A stretch of 64,000 nt of DNA from Acidobacteriota bacterium (GTDB lineage: Bacteria > Acidobacteriota > UBA6911): NCBI GenBank assembly GCA_963664705.1, contig OY761556.1:6112001-6176000 (forward strand). The letters are read 5' to 3'. The notes beneath the pieces are model-generated. The model had not been told where the DNA came from and did no database searches. It saw only the letters and a list, made by a program, of their open reading frames with translations. The translations under genes and the position numbers were made by a program. Of this stretch, positions 1-10,432 are shown in pieces. How positions within the stretch are numbered: position 1 is the stretch's first letter; every line of letters starts with the position of its first letter.

Positions 1-1317
1 AGCGTGTATACGCCGGGGGCTTACTCCTCGGGAGCCACATTCGGGTTTCTATTCCAGGAGCTTTATAAATGCCCCAATGTTTCGGTTACGGAATCCGGCG
101 TTTATACCAATGCCGGTCGCGCCCGTGCTTTCCGGGCTCCCGGATTCCCAACGGGCGCTTGGGCCCTGGAGCAGATGATGGACATGCTGGCTGAGAAGAT
201 AGGCATGGATCCTCTTGAAATCCGCCTCAAGAACTTCACCGATATCAGCCAGTCGAGAAGATCGCCCTATTGCAGTGCCGGATTGAAAGACTGCCTCGTC
301 GAAGGTTCGAAAAAGTTCGGCTGGAAAGAGGCGCGAGCCGGCAAGAAGAATGAAGGACACATCAAACGCGGGTTTGGAATGGCCTCCGGCACCTGGATGC
401 TGGGATCCGGTGGCCCCCCCTATACGGCCGAGGTCAGGATGTTTTCCGATGGCGGAGTCACGATAAAAACCGGGGCAATGGATTTGGGCACGGGAACCAA
501 GACGGGGGCGGCGATGGTGGCCGCCGAGGAACTTGGGATCCCGGTGGAAAATGTTCGCGTTATCAACGCCGACACCGCGATTACGCCTTACGGCGGGAGC
601 AGCGGCGGCAGTATGACACTGGCGAGTCTGGTGCCGGCGGTTCGACGCGGTGCCTGGCTTGTCAAAAAACAGGTTTTCGATTGGGCGGCGGAATCCATCG
701 GTTTGCCGGCTGACGATCTGGAATTCAAGGGCAGCGCCATTGTCAGCCGATCCACACCGGACAAGAAAAAATCCCTGGAGGAGCTCTTCCGATCCAAGGG
801 TGTGATGGATGTTATCGCGATCGGAAACAGAGAACAAAACCCGGCAGGGAAGGTGGTGATGCCGTTTTCCGCTCAGTTTGCCGAGGTCGAGGTCAATACT
901 CGTACCGGTGAGGTCAAGGTTGTTCGCCTGGTATCGGCAAACGACAGCGGTCGGGTTATCAACCGTAAGACCTACGAGAACCAGGTCTATGGCGGGATGA
1001 CCCAGGGACTTGGGTATGCATTGACAGAGAAGCGGGTAATGGACCGGCAGACCGGGAAAATGTGCAATGTCAATTTTCATGATTATAAAGTTCCCGGCGC
1101 CCTCGATGTTCCCGTGAATCACGAAGTTCAGCCTGTCGATCTCAAAGACAACGAATGCAATAACGTCGGCTGCAAGGGTTTGGGCGAGCCGGCGCACGTT
1201 CCAGCGGCAGCGGCCATTGCCAACGCTATCTACGATGCCATCGGAGTTCGCCCGACCAGCGGACCGGTTGACAATCGGATGGTGCTTGAACTGCTCAGCA
1301 AGAAGAAAAGGGGATGA
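1..1317 (+). CDS. Xanthine dehydrogenase family molybdopterin-binding subunit (5'-truncated by window edge)
   Basis: AFRAPG, DLGTG, SSGGS, QVYGG and KGLGEP (catalytic Glu) motifs of the XdhA/PaoC/CoxL family; frame open from window start. Confidence 0.9.
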   Translation, partial: SVYTPGAYSSGATFGFLFQELYKCPNVSVTESGVYTNAGRARAFRAPGFPTGAWALEQMMDMLAEKIGMDPLEIRLKNFTDISQSRRSPYCSAGLKDCLVEGSKKFGWKEARAGKKNEGHIKRGFGMASGTWMLGSGGPPYTAEVRMFSDGGVTIKTGAMDLGTGTKTGAAMVAAEELGIPVENVRVINADTAITPYGGSSGGSMTLASLVPAVRRGAWLVKKQVFDWAAESIGLPADDLEFKGSAIVSRSTPDKKKSLEELFRSKGVMDVIAIGNREQNPAGKVVMPFSAQFAEVEVNTRTGEVKVVRLVSANDSGRVINRKTYENQVYGGMTQGLGYALTEKRVMDRQTGKMCNVNFHDYKVPGALDVPVNHEVQPVDLKDNECNNVGCKGLGEPAHVPAAAAIANAIYDAIGVRPTSGPVDNRMVLELLSKKKRG

Positions 1318-1320
1318 GCC

Positions 1321-2292
1321 ATGATAAAGAACTTCAGTTATATAAAGGCGGGCTCACTGGCAGAAGCGATAAAGGCTCTGGCCGTGAAAGGAACCGGGTT
1401 GCACGCAGGCGGTACCGATCTCCTGGGGTGCCTCAGAGATGAAATATTGCCAATAGAGCGCGTTGTCAGCGTCAGCGGGCTGAAGGAGCTGAAAGGGATT
1501 TCCGCCAGAGCGGATGGCGGCTTGAAGATTGGGGCTCTGACAACCCTGGCGGAAATAGCTGCCAATCCTTCCGTGACGGAAAAGTATCCTGTTCTCGCGC
1601 AGGCTGCCGCATCGGTAGGGACTCCCCAGATTCGCGAGCAGGGAACCCTCGGCGGCAACCTGTGCCAGCGGCCGCGGTGCTGGTATTTTCGCAGTGATCT
1701 TGCGTGTCTGAAAAAGGGCGGAAGTACCTGTTATGCATTTAGCGGGGAAAACCAGTACCATGCAATTTTGGGTGCCGGCCCGTGTTTTGCGGTTCATCCC
1801 TCGGATGTGGCCGTTGCGCTCGTGGCCTTGCAGGCTCAGTTCACGATCGCCGGTGCTTCGGCAGCCAGGACGGTGAAAGCGGAGGAATTCTTTGTCGGTC
1901 CGGGAAAGAGTGCCGCAAAGGAAAACATTCTATTGCCGGGCGAAATTGTGACGGGAGTTCAGATTCCGCCAATCAGCGGGAAGGTAAAATGTGCCTACCG
2001 TAAAGTGCGGACTCGAGGCTCCTGGGATTTTGCGCAGGCGAGCGTTGCCGCTGTAGTTGTCTTTGAGAACGATGTGGTTAGGGCCGCAAGGATTGTGCTC
2101 GGTGGAGTCGCCCCGGTTCCTTGGCGAGCGGAGGCTGCTGAGAAACTTGCTGTCGGCAAAAAGCTGGATGCAGTCACAGTCGCGGCCGTGGCGGATGCGT
2201 CCGCCGCCGGGGCCAGGCCTCTGAAAGATAACGGATACAAAGTGGCAATGGTGAAGGGCGCCGTCGAGGAATTGTTAACCGCTTTTGTTTAG
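1321..2292 (+). CDS. Xanthine dehydrogenase family FAD-binding subunit (PaoB/YagS-like, with 4Fe-4S insert)
   Basis: AGGTDL, QIREQGTLGGNL and the Cys insert CQRPRCWYFR...CLKKGGSTC...C..HPSD; starts 3 nt after the Mo subunit stop. Confidence 0.92.
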   Translation: MIKNFSYIKAGSLAEAIKALAVKGTGLHAGGTDLLGCLRDEILPIERVVSVSGLKELKGISARADGGLKIGALTTLAEIAANPSVTEKYPVLAQAAASVGTPQIREQGTLGGNLCQRPRCWYFRSDLACLKKGGSTCYAFSGENQYHAILGAGPCFAVHPSDVAVALVALQAQFTIAGASAARTVKAEEFFVGPGKSAAKENILLPGEIVTGVQIPPISGKVKCAYRKVRTRGSWDFAQASVAAVVVFENDVVRAARIVLGGVAPVPWRAEAAEKLAVGKKLDAVTVAAVADASAAGARPLKDNGYKVAMVKGAVEELLTAFV

Positions 2293-2307
2293 GCTTCAAT
2301 TTCGTAC

Positions 2308-2386
2308 CGGGGTTGGTTCAAAAGGCCGACCCCGATACCGACCCCGATTCCGAAATCGTCAATCATCTATCGTAAATCGTAAATCC
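2308..2386. repeat. Short tandem repeats: hexamer CCGAYN-like x5 then heptamer AATCGTN-like x4-5
   Basis: ccgacc ccgata ccgacc ccgatt ccgaaa (2326-2355), whose start can pair with cggggttgg (2308-2316); aatcgtc aatcatc tatcgta aatcgta aatcc (2354-2386). Confidence 0.7.
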
Positions 2387-2425
2387 AAAAAAAAACTCCC
2401 CTGCAGGTTCAACCTGCAGGGGAGT
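2387..2425 (-). terminator. Intrinsic terminator of the TonB-dependent receptor gene
   Basis: Perfect inverted repeat actcccctgcaggtt / aacctgcaggggagt preceded on + by an A-run (U-tract on -), about 30 nt after the stop at 2453. Confidence 0.85.
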
Positions 2426-2452
2426 CCTGTTTACACAGGTTTTAAGATTCGA

Positions 2453-5400
2453 TTAGAAGTCCAAACGAATCTTGGCTTGGAATGTACGGGCTCCAACCTT
2501 CGAGCTCATGTAACCCAACGGGCGGTACATATAGGAAGCGTCCGTCGCGTCGTAGTAGTAGCCCATGGTGGCAACCGGTGATCCGGGCACTCTCGTGCGG
2601 ACCACGCCGGACTGGGAAGCACCGGCAGTTGGCTGGCCATGATTGAAGATGTTGGTCGCGTCAACACGGATCTGAAGGGTCTTGCCCTCAGTCAGCTTGA
2701 CCGCTTTCGACATCGCCATATCCGCGCTCCAGATTCCAGGCTGTCTCAGGGACATCATCCCAAAGTTGCCGCGCTGGGTCGGGTACGGGTTGACAAAGAT
2801 AAGCTGAGACTGATCGCTGGCGAGAGCCACGGCGCGCAATGTGCACTGAGTCCGCAAATTCTGGGCGGTCGAGACACTGTTGCACTGCGGATCGGCGACG
2901 AGCGTGTACTTATCGGTTTTGGTCTGCGGATCATACCAGTAGCTTCCGGTGGATGCGCCGGGGTTCCAAACGACTTCACCCTGTCGATTGAAAGGTCCGA
3001 CCTGATCCGGCACGCCATTGGCATACAGCGATGTGTTTGTGGAAGCCAGTGTGAACGGTCTGCCGCTGGAAATGTTGGCGATCCAGCTCATCTGCCATCC
3101 ACCGGCGATGCGGGAAATAATCCCGTTGTTGGTGTTCAGAAGCGCACGGCCGGGACCAAAGGGCAGTTCGAAGGCGCCGTTGATCGCGAGAGCATGAGTG
3201 CGGTCCATGGTGTTCGGGCCGTAATCAAGAGCTCTGTTCCGCGGATCGGTGTATCCGAGCTGACCAAGGTTCTTGCTCCAGGTATAGGTGGCCTGGAAGT
3301 TGACGCCATGAGTCGGCCGCATGGTTACCTGAGTCTGCAACGAATGATAGTTGGAGTGGTTCAGGTTGCCTGTCCAGTTCGCGGTACCAAACTGCGGGCT
3401 GGTATAGATGAAGTTCTCGGGGAACTTGTTGTAGCGGAGCACCAGACCGCGCGTATCGGTGTCGATGGCGGGCAATCCGGAGTTTCCGGCGTTGGTCGTT
3501 ACGTAGTTCAACGTTGCCAGAGTCTGGGCCAGAGCGATGTAGTTGCCGTTGGCCAGGTTGGCGTTGGTGGACGAGTAGGCACGCAGATGCATGGCACCTG
3601 TCTGCGCTACGCCGTTGTAAACGGTACCGACCGGGCCGTAGCCGTAGCCGGCGATGTTGATGTTGTTGAACATCTTGTCCAGCAATGCGGATTCGCCGCC
3701 GGACCGGGCTGCGTCAAACGCTTCCTTCAGGCCATTGTTCCAGATGTTGGCAGCGTTGATGTTGAAGGTGCCCTGCTGCTTGCGCTGCAAGGTGCCGATG
3801 TAACGCACATCCAGGATAATGTTTGAAGTGATGTTGCGGGTCACCGACAGGTTCAGGTTCTGAACATAGGGTGTCCGCAATTCGGGATCATACACCGTGA
3901 CAGTCTGCGAACGCTGCTGCACAGGCATAATCGGGTTGGCGGCTACTGGAACGATGTAGCTGGGAATCGGCACTACCGGGAGCAAGCTGTTCAGATTGGA
4001 CAGGTTGATGTAAGGCATTGCCGTGTTCGGAGTGTAGCTGGTCTGATAGGAAATCTTCGGCATGGTGAAACCGGCTGCATCCGCTCTGCCCGCAGGCATG
4101 TAGCTCAGCTGGTAGCCGCCGCGGATAACGGTCTTGCCCTTACCGAACCAGGGGAGCTGGTAAGCGAAGCCGAATACGGGGCCGAAGTTGTTGAGATCAT
4201 CATTATAGATCTGCTGATCCGGATTCGCGGAATCCGGTCCGATGAATGCAAGTTCTACATCCGAACCTTTGTAGGTAACGGTGCCGTCGGCATTCATGGT
4301 TCCAGGCTTCATCCAGTCTTCGAAGCTGCTGCCGGAACGACCGAATACTTTGGTGGCTCCGCCCTTGAGACCTGCGGTCATGCCGCCCTTGATGTACGGA
4401 ACGCCGTACCAGTCATAGCGCATACCAAGGTTCAGGGTGAGGCTGTCGGTTACGCGCCAGTCATCCTGCATGAAGAAGCTCAGCTGGTTCTGACGGTAAT
4501 CGGTGATTCTCGTGTCCTCGCCTTTGGTGATGTCGTTGTAGGCTGTCGCCGTGGGCGTGTTGACGAAACGGAACTGATCAACGTTGGTAACGTTACCAGC
4601 GAAGACGTTCAACAGTCGGTAGGCACCAGGAATTACGTTACCCCAGTAGAGGCCGCCGGCCATGGTCGGCATAGCAGTGGCTGCGCCGAATGTGAACGGG
4701 TTATGGAATCCGGTATTGGCGCTGAAGCCGCTGGCTACAACGTCGCCGCCGCGTACGGACGGTCTGACATCGGTACCGGTCGTGAAAGAGAGAGCACCAT
4801 TGATCTCCTGATAGGATTTCGTGCGCTGGGTTTCAGCACCGAACCTGAAGGAGTGTCTGTTCTTGGTCCAGGTGATGGTATCGGCATAGGTGAACCGTGG
4901 ATCGTAGCCGCCCCAGGTTGCGCCGAAGTTGCCGCGTCCAGCACCCCAAACGTTGACGCCGCCGGCGATTGCGAAGCCGGCGCCGCTGGTCTGGCCGAGC
5001 CCGATGATAACCGGGATACCGGAAGATTGCGGATACAGGTCAAGCAACGTCTGTTTGAGCTTTTCGCCCGTTGCCGGGTTGCTCAGCGGGTTCCATACGT
5101 GGGACTGAGTTCTCATCATACCCACGCGGAACTCATTCAGCAGGGTCGGTTTCAGAGTAGAAACCAGGTTGACGGAGAAGCTCTGCGGTTTGCGTGTGAT
5201 GATGCCGCCGTAGCTGTTCTGCGGCAGCGTCGGGAAACTATCTTCACCGTGGTTGGTTTCCCAACTGTAGGTGCCGCTGATGCGGTGCATCGCGTTGAAG
5301 TTGTGGTCAATTCGGAAATTGATCTGTTTGCGGTTCGGGCCTTCACCCAGACCGTAAACGTTGTCGCCGCCGTCCAGATGACGAACCCAGCGATATCCCG

Positions 5401-6778
5401 CCCAGTTCAAGCCGTCGCCGACCTGGTAGTTGTTCGGGGTGGGGATGTAAGTCATGAACTTCTTGACGTAACCGCTTGCATCCGGAGTGCGGACTGCATC
5501 GTAAGCGGCGCCGTAGTTGACCCAATCGGATGTGGCAAAGCCGGTAGCGGCGTTGATCGTAACATCCGAGCAGTCGTTGGTCGAGGGCGTCTTCAGCAAT
5601 GGGCCGAATACGCTGAGGTAACGAAGCTGCGATACTGCTGTGTTGGCCGTGCCGTTGATATTCGGAACGACGATGTCTGTTCTGGGTGTTCCATCCGTAT
5701 TCACCGTGGGAACGGTGTAGGGGTTGGTCGAGTTGAAAGTCTGATTCGCATTCGGAGCGATGGTCAGAATGTTTCCGCCGTTGACATTGTCAAGATAGCG
5801 GAAGATGCCTTTGCGAGCGCAAGGCGTGGGAACCTGAACGTTTACGTTGTTCTGGCGGATCTTGGAGAACTGATGATCCCATGATGCGAAGAAGAACGTT
5901 TTGTTCTTGATTATCGGGCCGCCGATGCTGGCGGTGTATTCGTTCTGGTTGCGCCAGTCTCTGGCACGACCGATTTTGTTTTCGTACCACTCGTTGGCAT
6001 CAAGAGCGGTGTTCTGGTTGTTCCATACGAGGCTGCCATGATAGGCATTGCCGCCGGAACGGGTTACGACCGAAACCTGGCCATTGCCGCGTCCCATTTC
6101 AGCATCTACAGGAGCGAGAACCATCTTGAACTCGCCGACCATCTCAGGGTTCAGGTACACGGGCGAATTCAAACCGGTGGCATAGCGAACGTCGTTGGCC
6201 GTGACGCCGTCACGAGTCAGGTTGACGTTGGATGCGCTGACGCCTGCAAACTGCGTATCGTCGGCACCGAAAATCGGGTTTTCAGTGATGTTGACGCCGC
6301 CCATAACCTTTACCAGGCTGAGCACGTTGCTGTTGACGATCGGCAATTCCGATACTTTCTTTTCATCCAGTTTGGAGCCTGAAGAAGCGCTCTGGTCCAG
6401 GATCAGGTTTTCCGTCTGAACACTGACTTCAACCTGCTGTTCGAGCTTCTTGATTTCCAAGCTGAAATTCAAACGCACATTGGCATTGTTGCCAAGCTTG
6501 ACGTCTTTGAACGTCAGGGGCTGGAAACCGGACATTTCCCCAGTCACTTTATACATGCCTACCTGCAAGCCTGCAAAAGCGTACTGACCGGCGGCATTGG
6601 TGACCGCCGTTTTGGCAATGCCAGTCTCCGTATTCGTGGCCGTAATCGTAGCACCGGGCAGTACCGCCTGCGTTGCATCCGTAACAGTCCCGTTCAAACT
6701 AGCGTTCGACTGTCCGAAGGCGTTCGCAAAGAGGAACAGACACACCAGTGTTACTGCTGGTATGAACCTTTTTGTCAT
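2453..6778 (-). CDS. TonB-dependent receptor, Oar-like, with N-terminal carboxypeptidase-regulatory-like domain
   Basis: 1441 aa; signal peptide, GTVTDATQAVLPGATI, SGGNAYHGS, QNEYTASIGGPI, FFMQDDWRV, C-terminal Phe (KIRLDF). Confidence 0.9.
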   Translation of the reverse strand: MTKRFIPAVTLVCLFLFANAFGQSNASLNGTVTDATQAVLPGATITATNTETGIAKTAVTNAAGQYAFAGLQVGMYKVTGEMSGFQPLTFKDVKLGNNANVRLNFSLEIKKLEQQVEVSVQTENLILDQSASSGSKLDEKKVSELPIVNSNVLSLVKVMGGVNITENPIFGADDTQFAGVSASNVNLTRDGVTANDVRYATGLNSPVYLNPEMVGEFKMVLAPVDAEMGRGNGQVSVVTRSGGNAYHGSLVWNNQNTALDANEWYENKIGRARDWRNQNEYTASIGGPIIKNKTFFFASWDHQFSKIRQNNVNVQVPTPCARKGIFRYLDNVNGGNILTIAPNANQTFNSTNPYTVPTVNTDGTPRTDIVVPNINGTANTAVSQLRYLSVFGPLLKTPSTNDCSDVTINAATGFATSDWVNYGAAYDAVRTPDASGYVKKFMTYIPTPNNYQVGDGLNWAGYRWVRHLDGGDNVYGLGEGPNRKQINFRIDHNFNAMHRISGTYSWETNHGEDSFPTLPQNSYGGIITRKPQSFSVNLVSTLKPTLLNEFRVGMMRTQSHVWNPLSNPATGEKLKQTLLDLYPQSSGIPVIIGLGQTSGAGFAIAGGVNVWGAGRGNFGATWGGYDPRFTYADTITWTKNRHSFRFGAETQRTKSYQEINGALSFTTGTDVRPSVRGGDVVASGFSANTGFHNPFTFGAATAMPTMAGGLYWGNVIPGAYRLLNVFAGNVTNVDQFRFVNTPTATAYNDITKGEDTRITDYRQNQLSFFMQDDWRVTDSLTLNLGMRYDWYGVPYIKGGMTAGLKGGATKVFGRSGSSFEDWMKPGTMNADGTVTYKGSDVELAFIGPDSANPDQQIYNDDLNNFGPVFGFAYQLPWFGKGKTVIRGGYQLSYMPAGRADAAGFTMPKISYQTSYTPNTAMPYINLSNLNSLLPVVPIPSYIVPVAANPIMPVQQRSQTVTVYDPELRTPYVQNLNLSVTRNITSNIILDVRYIGTLQRKQQGTFNINAANIWNNGLKEAFDAARSGGESALLDKMFNNINIAGYGYGPVGTVYNGVAQTGAMHLRAYSSTNANLANGNYIALAQTLATLNYVTTNAGNSGLPAIDTDTRGLVLRYNKFPENFIYTSPQFGTANWTGNLNHSNYHSLQTQVTMRPTHGVNFQATYTWSKNLGQLGYTDPRNRALDYGPNTMDRTHALAINGAFELPFGPGRALLNTNNGIISRIAGGWQMSWIANISSGRPFTLASTNTSLYANGVPDQVGPFNRQGEVVWNPGASTGSYWYDPQTKTDKYTLVADPQCNSVSTAQNLRTQCTLRAVALASDQSQLIFVNPYPTQRGNFGMMSLRQPGIWSADMAMSKAVKLTEGKTLQIRVDATNIFNHGQPTAGASQSGVVRTRVPGSPVATMGYYYDATDASYMYRPLGYMSSKVGARTFQAKIRLDF

Positions 6779-7446
6779 TTAAAATCCTCACCCATCGAAT
6801 ATGGTTGTTTCAAATTACTGTTAGCGAACAAACAACTGGAATTTCCCATGGGCAGAATAGCGTTTCAGTTAATCCGATAACGCATGATGCCACTTCCATT
6901 TTGGCCGTGAGGCATTGACACGCCTCTAGTTCGGCATTTCGTAAAAGTAGACAAATTTGCTAAGCTACTTCTAGAACTGGGCAATACCCTAGTCCTTATC
7001 TGGTGGGGGTGTCAACCACAAAAATAGACATAATGATAAGTATTTAAACAAGGGGATAATAATATACGCAATATGCTAAATCGGGTCAGGGTAGCTATGG
7101 TTTACATTTTGGCGTAATTAGGGCATGTCTGCTCTGTCATGAATTGCATGGAATTCATAGAATTATATCGGAGGCTTGGTCTGGAATAGAGCACCTTCCC
7201 TGTCGCACAAGCCTGAGCCTCAAGGCGCAAACGGACCGCCGGGTGCCCTGCGGGTGGTCGTATTTTGCTTAATGGCTGCAAAATTTTTGACCGAAATGAA
7301 ACTTAGTATGAGATACTGGAATGTTTTGCGAGGGTGGATGGTTGCCTCCCCTGGAAGGGCGGCTGTTCACAGATGGACCTTTAATTCTTCCTTCTATCCA
7401 AAATCGCAGTTCCTGCGGCAGAAGGTATTCGTGTGGGAGTGTATTC

Positions 7447-8961
7447 ATGGCAATTTTGACTGAGCGTGTCGAGTGCAAGGAAATGCTCGACAAGCTGATG
7501 CCTGTTGAGGAAGCCGTAAAATTCGTGCAGGACCGTTGCAAGATCGCAATCAGCGGCTTCACCAAAACCGGCGAACCGAAAATGTTTATTCCGGCGCTTG
7601 CCCGGTACCTGGCCCAGTATGCTCCCAAGACCAAGATTGGGCTTTTCAGCGGGGCGTCTCTTTCCGAAGACGTGGAAAACCCAATCGCTTCCTTTGTCGG
7701 GAAGCGCGGCCCTTACATGTCCTCCAGTGCATCACGCAAGCTCATCAATTCCGGGGAAATGGACTTCACCGATGTCCATCTTTCCCACTTTGCGCGCAAT
7801 ATTCTCTACGGGTTTTACGGGGACATCGATCTGGCCGTGGTTGAGGCTTCGAGAATACTTCCCAATGGGAACGTTGTCTTGTCGGCTTCGGTAGGAATTT
7901 CCGCCGAAGCGCTGCAGAAGGCTAAGAAGATCATTCTGGAAATCAATCCATCCATTCCGGATTATACTGGATTCCACGACATCGCCCTCCCCGGAGTTTT
8001 CCCGCGCGCGAGCTGGCCGATTCCTATCACAAACGTTTCCGATCGTGTCGGCACTCCCTATGTCGAAATCGACAAGAGCAAGGTCGTCGCGATCATTGAG
8101 TCGGATAAGCCGGATTATCCCGTGGGCTTCAAACCGACTACCGATGTCGATCGCAAGATCGCTCAAAACGTCATTGAGTTCCTCCTGTATTGCCATAAGA
8201 CGTTCAATTGGGGCGATCGGCTTCCGCCGCTTCAGTCCGGAGTCGGGAATGTGGCAAATGCAATCGTTGGCGAGCTCTACAAGTCCAGGTTCCAGAGAAT
8301 CCGGTTCTGGACGGAGGTATTCCAGGACGGCATGATGAAGTTTGTCGAGGATGATGACAAATTTGAAAGCGCATCCTCCACGGCCTTTTCCTTCTCTGAG
8401 CAGGGCCGGCACGAGTTCATGCGCCTGTTCAAGGAATGCCGCGAGAAGGTGACGCTCCGACCGATGTGGCTGTCCAATAACGGCGAACTGATTTCCCGGC
8501 TATTTGTCATCGCCATGAACACGCCGATTGAGGTCGACATTTACGGGCATGTCAATTCGACGCATGTCGATGGCTCGAGGGTTGTCAATGGGTTGGGCGG
8601 TAGCGGTGACTTTTTCCGCCACGCTTACCTCAGCATCGTGCATACTCCCTCCGTGCGCAAACTGAAGGATGGGCGAACCGTCAGCTGTGTCATGCCCTAT
8701 GTCCGGCATATCGATCACACCGAGCATGATATTCATTGCGTCGTTACCGAGCAGGGATTTGCCCTGAATACGGAAATTCGATCGGCGCGGCGCCGTGCGG
8801 AAGACATCATCTCGAACTGTGCGCACCCGCATTTCCGACCCGTACTGCGCGATTACGTGCGATTTGCCGGCGGCGGGGACGAACCACGTCCGACGAATAT
8901 GGATATCCTGCAGGGCTGGTGGCGGGAGTACGACGAGGCCTGCCGCAATTTTCCGGAATAA
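7447..8961 (+). CDS. Succinate/acetate CoA-transferase (acetyl-CoA hydrolase family)
   Basis: SGFT, PLQSGVGNVANA, TEVFQDG, NGLGGSGDF, DHTEHD motifs; ATG 7447 after a GGAG RBS is preferred over the track start at 7321. Confidence 0.88.
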   Translation: MAILTERVECKEMLDKLMPVEEAVKFVQDRCKIAISGFTKTGEPKMFIPALARYLAQYAPKTKIGLFSGASLSEDVENPIASFVGKRGPYMSSSASRKLINSGEMDFTDVHLSHFARNILYGFYGDIDLAVVEASRILPNGNVVLSASVGISAEALQKAKKIILEINPSIPDYTGFHDIALPGVFPRASWPIPITNVSDRVGTPYVEIDKSKVVAIIESDKPDYPVGFKPTTDVDRKIAQNVIEFLLYCHKTFNWGDRLPPLQSGVGNVANAIVGELYKSRFQRIRFWTEVFQDGMMKFVEDDDKFESASSTAFSFSEQGRHEFMRLFKECREKVTLRPMWLSNNGELISRLFVIAMNTPIEVDIYGHVNSTHVDGSRVVNGLGGSGDFFRHAYLSIVHTPSVRKLKDGRTVSCVMPYVRHIDHTEHDIHCVVTEQGFALNTEIRSARRRAEDIISNCAHPHFRPVLRDYVRFAGGGDEPRPTNMDILQGWWREYDEACRNFPE

Positions 8962-8971
8962 TTCAGATTGC

Positions 8972-9021
8972 AAAAGCAGCCACGAATTTCCCGAATCCGC
9001 GAAATTCGTGGCTGCTTTTTT
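8972..9021. terminator. Bidirectional terminator between convergent CoA-transferase and gltD (member of GCCACGAATT repeat family)
   Basis: 19-bp perfect inverted repeat aaaagcagccacgaatttc / gaaattcgtggctgctttt with A and T runs at the ends. Confidence 0.85.
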
Positions 9022-10432
9022 ATCTATTGACTCGCAGGTATTGATCCATCGCGCGCGCGGCCTGGCGGCCTTCCGCAATTGCCCAGACCACGAGGGACTG
9101 CCCGCGCCGCATATCTCCCGCCGCAAACACTCCTTTGGCGGACGTCATGTAATTGCCGTCTGACGCAACGTTGCCCCTGGGGTCCAGTTGAATGCCGAGT
9201 TCTTCGAACATGCCGTTTGGAGAAGGTCCCGTAAATCCCAGTGCCAGCAAAACGAGGTCGGCCTCAAGCTCGAATTCCGACCCTGGAACGGGTTCGAACC
9301 CGGGCGGAGGGCCAACGCGGATGGCATGCAGCTTCGTCAGATTGCCCTGAGCATCTCCCGTAAACCGAACGGTGGATGCGCTCCATTCGCGCGCGCCGCC
9401 TTCTTCGTGAGAGCTTTCAACCCGCAGCATCAGAGGCCACAGCGGCCAGGGAGTCTGGGGAGCGCGCTCCTGCGGAGGCATTGGCATGATCTCGAGTTGG
9501 TGAATCGACAAAGCCCGCTGCCGATGCGCCGTGCCCAGGCAATCCGCGCCGGTATCCCCGCCGCCCAGGACAACTACCCGCCTGCCGCTTGCCAGAATCT
9601 CATCCCGGGCTTCACTGCGATCTCCCGCGCATTGATGGTTCTGGCGGCGCAGGAAATCCATCGCAAAATGGATGCCTTTCAAATCACGACCCGGCACGGT
9701 CAAATCTCTCGGTTTCTCCGAGCCTCCGGCCAGAAGGATTGCATCGAATTTTCTGCGCAATGTCGAAGCCTCAACATTGACGCCGACATGAGCTCCGGTC
9801 TGGAATTCGATTCCTTCCTTTTCAAGCTGCTCGATCCTGCGGTCGAGCACCGCTTTCTCCAGCTTAAAATCCGGGATTCCATAGCGCAGCAATCCGCCGA
9901 CACGATCTGCTTTTTCGTAAACGACTACATTGTGTCCGGCACGATTCAACTGCTGTGCGGCCGCAAGTCCGGCCGGTCCTGATCCGATGACGGCGACTCT
10001 CTTGCCCGATCGGGAGTCGGGCGGTTCCGGGCGGATCCACCCTTCGCGGAAAGCGCGCTCGACGATAGCGCTTTCAATCTGCTTGATCGTGACGGGAGGC
10101 TCGTTAATCCCGAGAACGCAAGATGCTTCGCAGGGCGCCGGGCAGATCAGCCCGGTAAACTCAGGGAAGTTGTTTGTAGAGTGCAGCACCCGGATCGCTT
10201 CCTGCCAGCGGTTTCGATAAACAAGGTCATTCCATTCCGGAATGTAATTGTTCAACGGACAGCCGGCGTGGCAGAAGGGGACCCCACAATCCATGCATCT
10301 TGCCCCCTGCCTCTGCAATTTGTCATCCGGCAGCGGCGTATAAACCGGGAAGAAATCCTGGATGCGCTCCTGAACCGGGCGCCGGTCCGATGTTTCCCTC
10401 GAAAACTCCATAAAACCAGTTACTTTACCCAT
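9020..10432 (-). CDS. gltD: Glutamate synthase small subunit
   Basis: Starts [10 protein letters not shown]; [10 protein letters not shown]...[29 protein letters not shown]; overlaps the gltB stop. Confidence 0.96.
   Translation of the reverse strand: MGKVTGFMEFSRETSDRRPVQERIQDFFPVYTPLPDDKLQRQGARCMDCGVPFCHAGCPLNNYIPEWNDLVYRNRWQEAIRVLHSTNNFPEFTGLICPAPCEASCVLGINEPPVTIKQIESAIVERAFREGWIRPEPPDSRSGKRVAVIGSGPAGLAAAQQLNRAGHNVVVYEKADRVGGLLRYGIPDFKLEKAVLDRRIEQLEKEGIEFQTGAHVGVNVEASTLRRKFDAILLAGGSEKPRDLTVPGRDLKGIHFAMDFLRRQNHQCAGDRSEARDEILASGRRVVVLGGGDTGADCLGTAHRQRALSIHQLEIMPMPPQERAPQTPWPLWPLMLRVESSHEEGGAREWSASTVRFTGDAQGNLTKLHAIRVGPPPGFEPVPGSEFELEADLVLLALGFTGPSPNGMFEELGIQLDPRGNVASDGNYMTSAKGVFAAGDMRRGQSLVVWAIAEGRQAARAMDQYLRVNR

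Noticed and set aside
2285-2581. 98-aa ORF after the FAD subunit
   Set aside because: Translates repeat and terminator DNA and overlaps the receptor gene end antisense.
2639-5884. Long antisense ORFs (2639-3826, 4703-5884; similarly 49-1197, 24258-25151 and others)
   Set aside because: Shadow frames of well-supported genes in GC-rich DNA, with no recognisable motifs.
7110-7125. GG-N10-GC motif upstream of the CoA-transferase
   Set aside because: The -12 element is GGGCA rather than TTGC; too weak to call.
7200-7260. Resemblance to the 3' half of a c-di-GMP-I (GEMM) riboswitch
   Set aside because: The 5' GGCAAA element and GNRA-capped hairpin are absent.
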